Shown: piece by piece, positions 7,885 through 19,366 of the stretch
How positions within the stretch are numbered: position 1 is the stretch's first letter
Layout of the letters: every line of letters begins with the position of its first letter
Source: a bacterium
GTDB lineage: Bacteria > Sysuimicrobiota > Sysuimicrobiia > Sysuimicrobiales > Kaftiobacteriaceae
NCBI GenBank assembly: GCA_044868695.1
Contig: JBIOWP010000031.1
Coordinates: forward strand, 1 to 19,366
Reading direction: 5' to 3'
DNA: 19,366 nt
Notes under the pieces: generated by a model
What the model saw: only the letters and a program-made list of their open reading frames with translations
Database searches by the model: none
Told to the model about the DNA's origin: nothing
Program-made: the position numbers and the translations under genes

Positions 7885-9144
7885 TTGACGGACGATCAGC
7901 AGCAGCTCCGGTGCCGTGAGTGCGGGGCCACGTATGAGGCGGGACCCATCTACGTGTGCGAAGCGTGTTTCGGTCCCCTGGAAGTCGCGTATGATTACGA
8001 CGCCCTGTCCAAAACGCCGCTGCGGCGCATCATCGAGGCGGGCCCCCCGTCGATGTGGCGCTACGAGCCGTTGCTGCCGGTCCGGCGCGTTCCGGAGATC
8101 GACCTGTCGCCGGGGTACACACCGCTGCTGCACGCGCCCCGCCTTGGGCACGCGCTGGGTCTCCGGCGTCTCTACATCAAGAACGACAGCGTCAACCCCA
8201 CTTGGTCGTTCAAAGACCGTGTCGTGGGGGTGGGTGTGGCCGCGGCGCTCCGGTTCGACTACGGGGTACTGGCCTGCGCGTCCACGGGCAACCTTGCCAA
8301 CGCGGTCGCCGCGCACGCGGCGCGGGCCGGTCTGCGCGCCTGCGTCTTCATTCCGAGGGGACTGGAGCGCGGAAAGGTCCTCGCCACGGCCGCGTACAGC
8401 CCCACGCTGGTCGAGGTCGACGGGACGTATGATGAGGTGAACCGGCTGTGCGCGGAGATCGCCGAAGAACACCGCTGGGCGTTCGTCAATGTGAACCTGC
8501 GCCCCTACTACTCGGAAGGCGGCAAGACGCTCGGCTTTGAAGTCGCAGAGCAGCTGGGCTGGCGGGCCCCCGATCACATCATCGTCCCCATCGCCTCAGG
8601 AAGCCTGCTGGTCAAGATTCACAAAGGCCTGAGCGAGCTGCAGAAGGTAGGTCTGCTGCCTGAGGTCTCCACGCGCGTGCACGGGGCGCAGGCATCCGGG
8701 TGCGCCCCGGTGGCGACGGCCTTCGCAGAGCGCTCCAGTGATATCCGCCCGGTCAAACCGGACACGATCGCCCGCTCGCTGGCCATCGGCACACCGGCGG
8801 ACGGTCGCTATGCGCTCCGCGTCGCGCGTGAGACCGGCGGGACGATCGCCTCGGTATCCGACGAGGAGATCGTGGCAGGGATCCGGCTGCTGGCGGAAAC
8901 AGAAGGAATCTTCACAGAGACCGCCGGCGGCGTGACCATCGGCGTGCTCCGTGCCCTGGCGAGGTCGGGTGCGTTTGGGAGCGACGACGTGGTCGTCGCG
9001 TACGTGACCGGCCTGGGCTTGAAGACGCTGGAAGCCGTGGCCGGCGTCGTCGATGCGCCGATCGGAATCCGCCCGGCGCTGCGCGAGTTTGAGCAGCACG
9101 TGCTGGCCCGGGTCGCCGGGCCGCGCGACCGCGTGCCCGCGTAG
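7885..9144 (+). CDS. thrC: Threonine synthase-family PLP enzyme (possibly an O-phosphohomoserine sulfhydrylase)
   Basis: N-terminal CxxC..CxxC (CRECG, CEACFG), NPTWSFKDR with the PLP lysine, CASTGNLA, RPYYSEGGKT and EGIFTETAGG. TTG start follows GGGGAG. Confidence 0.9.
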   Translation: MTDDQQQLRCRECGATYEAGPIYVCEACFGPLEVAYDYDALSKTPLRRIIEAGPPSMWRYEPLLPVRRVPEIDLSPGYTPLLHAPRLGHALGLRRLYIKNDSVNPTWSFKDRVVGVGVAAALRFDYGVLACASTGNLANAVAAHAARAGLRACVFIPRGLERGKVLATAAYSPTLVEVDGTYDEVNRLCAEIAEEHRWAFVNVNLRPYYSEGGKTLGFEVAEQLGWRAPDHIIVPIASGSLLVKIHKGLSELQKVGLLPEVSTRVHGAQASGCAPVATAFAERSSDIRPVKPDTIARSLAIGTPADGRYALRVARETGGTIASVSDEEIVAGIRLLAETEGIFTETAGGVTIGVLRALARSGAFGSDDVVVAYVTGLGLKTLEAVAGVVDAPIGIRPALREFEQHVLARVAGPRDRVPA

Positions 9145-9155
9145 GAGGGGACGAG

Positions 9156-9431
9156 ATGCCGATGGTGCGCATTCCGACGCCGCTGCGAAAGCTGACCGGT
9201 GACCAGCGCATGGTCGAGGCCAGCGGAGCCACGCTGGTGGAGCTGGTAGACGACCTGGAGCGGCGCTATCCGGGCCTGAAGACCCGTCTCGTGGATGGTG
9301 ACGGCAGGGTCCACAGTTTCGTCAACATCTTTGTCAACGACGAAGATGTCCGCTTCCTCCAGGGGCTGGCCACTCCGCTGAAGGAGAACGCGGAAGTGGC
9401 CATCATCCCCGCCATGGCGGGCGGCCGCTGA
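9156..9431 (+). CDS. MoaD/ThiS/CysO-like ubiquitin-fold sulfur carrier protein
   Basis: VRIPTPLRKLTG, FVNIFVNDEDVRFLQGLATPL, and C-terminal IIPAMAGG-R. SD GGAGG. Confidence 0.93.
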   Translation: MPMVRIPTPLRKLTGDQRMVEASGATLVELVDDLERRYPGLKTRLVDGDGRVHSFVNIFVNDEDVRFLQGLATPLKENAEVAIIPAMAGGR

Positions 9432-9443
9432 TACACGAACGGC

Positions 9444-12110
<2,667 letters not shown>

Positions 12111-12137
12111 CGTCACGGGCGCGCAGGGAATCCGCCC

Positions 12138-13289
12138 GTGCGCGGGAAACTCCCTAGCAGGGTCCACAGAGGGGTCGGTGTAGACGCCGTCGTGCCCAGC
12201 GAAGTCTTCGCAGACGACATCGAAGCATTGCTGGAGCATCTGGATGGCGTCGCCTCCGTGCGGGTGATCGCCAACGACGCCGGAGACATTGACGCGATCT
12301 ACGTGACCGCCTCCGCCGACCGCGACGAGCCGTCGGTGAGGCGCATGGTCACCTCCGCGCTGATGTCCTCCTACTCACTCGCCGTCGACGGGTGGCGTAT
12401 CCGCGTCGCCCGGCTGCACGGCGACGTGGCGGTGCGCACGTGGCGGCCGACGCGCGTCGAAGAAGTGCTCTCCGGCACGGCGGTGCAGTCGATCGTTGAG
12501 CTGGAGCCGGTCGACGCCGGGGGCGGGAAGCTCGTTGGGCGCGCCCGCTCGCTTCCCGACCGCGCCAACCGCATGCGGGGGCTGGCGCTGGCAACACTGG
12601 ACGCGCTGAAGGCAGTGCTGGATGAAGAAGAGCGCCGGGCGACGCTTGAGTCGATCGCCACGATTCCGCTGATCGGCCGGGAGGCCGTCGTGGTCGCCGT
12701 CTCCATCGCATCGGCGGCCGAGACACGGCTGTGCACCGGAACGGCGGTCGTCGCGGGGAACGAAGCCGACGCAGTCATCGGGGCCGCGCTGGATGCGGTT
12801 GGCAAACGCGGAGCCAGACCAGAACGACGGGGGTGGGCCATGAAAGATCGTCGCGATGAGCTCGAGTCGATGCGGGCGCACTACCGGAGACTCCGGGAGC
12901 CCCAGCGGCAGATGCCCGCCCTTTCGCCCGAGGCGAACGGAGGCGAGGAGCGGGCCGACACCGCCGATTTGTCCCAGGTCCGGCCGGAGCGGCAGGGCGG
13001 TGCGGCGGTCACACCCGAGCCGGCCAAACACGACACCGCGCCGAGGGTGGATCAGGCGGCCCGCCCGGGCCAGCGCAGCTCGATGGAAGATGAGTACCTG
13101 CGCCACCTGGTCGCCACGGGCACGCCGGTGCACATCCGGTGCCGGGACGGCTATGAGATCCCGGAGGGGATCGTGAAAGATTTTGGAACCTACTCCGTCC
13201 TCGTCGACACCGACGCCGGCCGCGAACTGGTCTTCAAACACGGCATCATTGCCATCCGGCCGCTGCGCGCGGGGAACCTGAAACCCTAG
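12138..13289 (+). CDS. Uncharacterised multidomain protein with a C-terminal Hfq-like (Sm-fold) domain
   Basis: The C-terminal ~65 aa (SMEDEYLRHL..TPVHI...DGY..GIVKDFGTYSVLV....ELVFKHGIIAIRP) align by eye with Hfq (QD.FLN.L...V.I.L.NG....G.I..FD.F.ILL.....YKHAIST..P). The N-terminal ~200 aa look alpha/beta globular. Start is uncertain (GTG 12138 or GTG 12192). Confidence 0.8.
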   Translation: MRGKLPSRVHRGVGVDAVVPSEVFADDIEALLEHLDGVASVRVIANDAGDIDAIYVTASADRDEPSVRRMVTSALMSSYSLAVDGWRIRVARLHGDVAVRTWRPTRVEEVLSGTAVQSIVELEPVDAGGGKLVGRARSLPDRANRMRGLALATLDALKAVLDEEERRATLESIATIPLIGREAVVVAVSIASAAETRLCTGTAVVAGNEADAVIGAALDAVGKRGARPERRGWAMKDRRDELESMRAHYRRLREPQRQMPALSPEANGGEERADTADLSQVRPERQGGAAVTPEPAKHDTAPRVDQAARPGQRSSMEDEYLRHLVATGTPVHIRCRDGYEIPEGIVKDFGTYSVLVDTDAGRELVFKHGIIAIRPLRAGNLKP

Positions 13290-13318
13290 GGAACAAGGGA
13301 ACTCGGGAACGAGGGAAC
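13287..13318 (+). repeat. 8-mer tandem array NNGGGAAC x4
   Basis: TAGGGAAC AAGGGAAC TCGGGAAC GAGGGAAC. The first unit supplies the TAG stop of the Hfq-domain gene. An inverted GTTCCC lies at 13381-13386. Confidence 0.88.
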
Positions 13319-13411
13319 CAAAGACGTTGGATCGGGCATCCGCCGGGCCGCCGTACCGGTTCGCGCGTGATGCCCGTTGTGTTCCCTGTCCCGTCATGAT
13401 GAGGTGAGATC

Positions 13412-14959
<1,548 letters not shown>

Positions 14960-15029
14960 CGGCGGATGATCGCGATGCGGCACCAGGAACCCCGAGTGCG
15001 GCGCGGAACTTCTCCCGTGGTCTCCCATC

Positions 15030-15580
15030 GTGGGTGAATCGCCTGACTCACCAGATCAGACGACCGCGCAGGATGCGGCACGCCGGCGTCCTGCGCCCGC
15101 AGCGTCGATGAAGCTCGAGTACGTGGGGGCCGACGACAAGAAATTCCGCGACTGGCTCCGCCGGTACCGGGAAGAAATCACGGGCGAAGCGCCGCCGGAC
15201 GACTGGCTCGACGCCTACTTGGCCCACATCTTTTCCGAACAGGGCACACACCGGCACATCTGGTGGGGGGTCGACGGGGGTCGCACGGTCGGCTTCGTGG
15301 TGGCCATCATCACCCACCAGCCCACCGACCGCCAGCGGACGCAGGGGATGCTCGCAGAGTTCTACATCTATCCGGAGTTCAGGCGTGAGGGGTTCGGCGC
15401 CCGGATGGCGGACGCGGCCATCGCGTTCCTGCACAGCAAGGGCTGCAGCGATGTCCACGCGTCCGTTCCTGCGGGCAACGTGCGCGGGCTGCGGTTCCTG
15501 GAGGCCTGCAGTTTCCAGATTTCCCGCTACGTGCTCGTGCACCGGCCGGGGCTCAAGCCCGAGGAGGAGGAAGAAGAGCT

Positions 15581-15584
<4 letters not shown>
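15030..15584 (+). CDS. GNAT family N-acyltransferase
   Basis: VGFV strand, motif [18 protein letters not shown] and motif B N..GLRFLE. Acidic EEEEEL tail. Start may instead be ATG 15108. Confidence 0.82.
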
Positions 15585-17164
<1,580 letters not shown>

Positions 17165-17178
17165 CCTACCCGATCGTC

Positions 17179-18156
17179 ATGGCCATCGACGCCTTGCTTG
17201 AAGAAGCCTTGGGGGGCTCGCAGCAGGCGATCGGCCGCCTGATCTCCGTGGTCGAAGATGGAGAGGCACCGGGTCACGCGCTGCTGCGGGCGCTTCATCC
17301 GCGGACCGGCCGCGCCTACCTGGCCGGGATCACGGGACCTCCCGGCGCCGGGAAGAGCACGCTGGTTGACGCCCTCACCACCGCGCTGCGCCGTCGGGGC
17401 CGGACCGTGGCCGTGGTCGCCGTGGATCCCAGCAGTCCGTTCACCGGAGGCGCGCTGCTGGGCGACCGGATCCGGATGCAGGATCATGCGATGGATCCGG
17501 GCGTGTTCATTCGCAGCATGGCGACCCGCGGCAGCCTGGGCGGGCTGGCGCCGGCGACCACGGACGTGGTCAACGTCCTCGACGCGCTCGGCTTCGAGAT
17601 GATCTTTGTGGAGACCGTCGGGACCGGGCAGGCGGAAGTGGATGTCGTCGGCGCGGCGGATACCGTCGCCATTGTCCTCGTTCCGGGACTGGGTGATACG
17701 GTCCAGACGATGAAGGCAGGAATCATGGAGATCGGCGAACTGTTTGTGGTCAATAAGGCCGATCAGGGAGATCCCGACCGCACCGTCGCCGAGGTGAAGA
17801 TGATGCTCCAGCTGGATCCGCGCCGCGACGCCTGGCGTGCGCCGGTGCTGAAGACGGTGGCCAGCGCAGGAGTGGGGATTGATGCAGTGCTGGACGCCCT
17901 GGAGGCGCATCGCGCGTACCTCACGGCCAACGGAGCACTGGAGCGGCGGCGGCGAGACCGTCGCCAGGCAGAGGTGCTCCGGATCGTGGAGCGCCGGGCC
18001 CGCGATCGCGCCGTCGAGGCCGTGCGGCGCAGCGGGCGGCTCGACGAGCTGACTGATCGAGTCGTGGCGGGAGAGATCGACCCGTACGCGGCGGCCGACA
18101 TGCTCCTTGTGAACTCTGCCCGGTCTCCCCGGTCCCGAACCAAGAAGCCCCGATGA
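17179..18156 (+). CDS. meaB: Methylmalonyl-CoA mutase-associated GTPase chaperone MeaB/ArgK
   Basis: GITGPPGAGKST (P-loop), AVDPSSPFTGGALLGDRIRM, ETVGTGQ and VNKAD. Confidence 0.96.
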   Translation: MAIDALLEEALGGSQQAIGRLISVVEDGEAPGHALLRALHPRTGRAYLAGITGPPGAGKSTLVDALTTALRRRGRTVAVVAVDPSSPFTGGALLGDRIRMQDHAMDPGVFIRSMATRGSLGGLAPATTDVVNVLDALGFEMIFVETVGTGQAEVDVVGAADTVAIVLVPGLGDTVQTMKAGIMEIGELFVVNKADQGDPDRTVAEVKMMLQLDPRRDAWRAPVLKTVASAGVGIDAVLDALEAHRAYLTANGALERRRRDRRQAEVLRIVERRARDRAVEAVRRSGRLDELTDRVVAGEIDPYAAADMLLVNSARSPRSRTKKPR

Positions 18157-18214
18157 TGCAGCGCGTCGTGAGACTGGGGAGACTGTGAAGACGAGGTGGG
18201 CCGGGAAGCACAAC

Positions 18215-18625
18215 ATGACGCTGGATCATGTCGGGATCGCCGTCCCCAGCATCGACGACGCCGGCCGCGTGTACGCTGCCGCGTTTGGGTTGCGGATCAC
18301 AGAGCGGTATGAGGCCCCGTCGCAGGGGGTGCGGCTGGCCTTCGTGCCGGCGGGCGGAGTGGATCTCGAGTTCCTTGAACCGGCGGGCGAGGGTCCGGTG
18401 GCAACGTTCCTCGCCTCCCACGGACCAGGCCTTCACCATTTGGCGTTCCGTGTCCCCGACATCCACCGCGCCCTGACAGACGCGGCGAAGGCCGGCCTCA
18501 CGGCCGTTGATGCCGCGCCCCGCCCCGGTGCGCGCGGTCACCTGATCGCGTTCCTGCACCCGGCGACGGTGGGTGGGGTGCTGATCGAATTTGTGCAGCA
18601 CAGTCCGTCCACGCGATCACGGTGA
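18215..18625 (+). CDS. mce: Methylmalonyl-CoA epimerase (VOC fold)
   Basis: LDHVGIAV, LEFLEP, GPGLHHLAFRV, IAFLHP and GVLIEFVQ supply the metal ligands H/E/H/E; context fits the mutase cluster. ATG 18215 preferred over GTG 18185. Confidence 0.92.
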   Translation: MTLDHVGIAVPSIDDAGRVYAAAFGLRITERYEAPSQGVRLAFVPAGGVDLEFLEPAGEGPVATFLASHGPGLHHLAFRVPDIHRALTDAAKAGLTAVDAAPRPGARGHLIAFLHPATVGGVLIEFVQHSPSTRSR

Positions 18626-18638
18626 GGGAAGCGCGGCG

Positions 18639-19366
18639 GTGACGGCGATCTCCGCGATAGACATCGAGACCGCGCCCGCCCGCGTGCGCGCCGGGCTCAT
18701 CAGCGCGCTGATCGTCAGCGTCGGCCTGGCCGGCGCGGTGTGCACGGGATTCGGGTATGCCTACCTGCGAAAGGACATCAGCGTGACGGTCGCCGGACAG
18801 ACCGTACACCGGACGACATTCCGGTGGACCGTGGCCCAGGCGCTGGCGGAAGCCGGCGTGACCCTCTCGTCGACCGATGAGGTGTCTCCTCAATTAGCGG
18901 CCCGGCTGACGGAGGGCATGCGCGTCGTCGTCCGCGCGGCCGTGCCGGTGACGCTGGTGGCCGACGGGCAGCGGGTGGTCCTGGAGAGCGCCGCGGCGAC
19001 CGTGGGTGATCTCCTCCTCCGGCGGGGAATCGCCGTGGACGAACCCGATCGCGTGGAACCAGGCCCGCAGACGCCGCTGGCGAGCGGGATGACGATCCGC
19101 GTCGTGCGGATCGAACATCGCGCGGTGACCGAACACCAGCGGATCCCGTACCGGGTGCACACGACGGCCGATCCCACGGCGCCTCGCGGGCTGCTCCGCG
19201 TCATTCACCCAGGGCGCAGCGGTGTGAAAGAACGGCTGTACAAAATCACGCTGGCCGACGGGGTGATCGTCGGGAAGGACCTCGTGGGTGAGCGGCTGGT
19301 CCGGACAACCCTGGACCGCGTCATCAGTGTCGGGACGCTGGCGCAGTTCGCCTCCGGGGGGCCGTT
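18639..19366 (+). CDS. YabE/RpfB-like cell-wall protein: TM anchor, two DUF348 repeats and a G5 domain (3'-truncated)
   Basis: Translated by hand from GTG 18639; open to the window end. MTAISAID..GLISALIVSVGLAGAVCTGFGYAYL (TM); TVAQALAEAGV....DEVSP and TVGDLL..RGI....DRVEP (DUF348); IPY......DPT.PRG...V..PGRSG.KE....VISVGT (G5). Confidence 0.88.
   Translation, partial: MTAISAIDIETAPARVRAGLISALIVSVGLAGAVCTGFGYAYLRKDISVTVAGQTVHRTTFRWTVAQALAEAGVTLSSTDEVSPQLAARLTEGMRVVVRAAVPVTLVADGQRVVLESAAATVGDLLLRRGIAVDEPDRVEPGPQTPLASGMTIRVVRIEHRAVTEHQRIPYRVHTTADPTAPRGLLRVIHPGRSGVKERLYKITLADGVIVGKDLVGERLVRTTLDRVISVGTLAQFASGGP

Noticed and set aside
6824..7885. 353-aa minus-strand ORF and 248-aa plus-strand ORF over the riboswitch and thrB
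   Set aside because: They overlap a clear SAM-I aptamer and thrB, and their R/G/P-rich composition is typical of off-frame translation.
9156..9431. Molybdopterin (moaD) or thiamine (thiS) biosynthesis role
   Set aside because: No moa, moe or thi genes are nearby; the length, sequence and SAM-I/thrC-like context fit a CysO-type amino-acid sulfur carrier better.

Overview
GC-rich bacterial chromosomal segment, densely coding and mostly housekeeping or metabolic. I found no transposase, integrase, phage gene, tRNA, rRNA or CRISPR array. Gene order: 5'-truncated dedA; speD with its own sigma70 promoter; a FAD/Fe-S/CCG 2-hydroxyacid dehydrogenase; an MFS transporter; a minus-strand block (VOC protein, stand-alone Lrp/AsnC domain, YggT, cold-shock protein); a SAM-I riboswitch with terminator leading thrB, a thrC-like PLP enzyme and a MoaD/CysO-like sulfur carrier; ligA; a GerMN protein; a 383-aa unknown protein ending in an Hfq (Sm-fold) domain; a propionyl-/methylmalonyl-CoA cluster (pccB, GNAT, mutase large subunit, meaB, mce); and a 3'-truncated DUF348/G5 protein that the ORF track missed. 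Most notable: (1) an atypical Hfq fused to a ~200-aa N-terminal module; (2) dispersed 7- and 8-mer G-tract arrays at gene 3' ends, with a shared leader, inverted partners and G-quadruplex potential, two of which lie within an ORF; (3) a SAM-repressed thrB/thrC-like/sulfur-carrier operon that looks like a homocysteine route rather than a threonine route; (4) a probable CTG start coupling the mutase to an embedded GNAT. All family calls come from motif recognition by eye; no searches were run.
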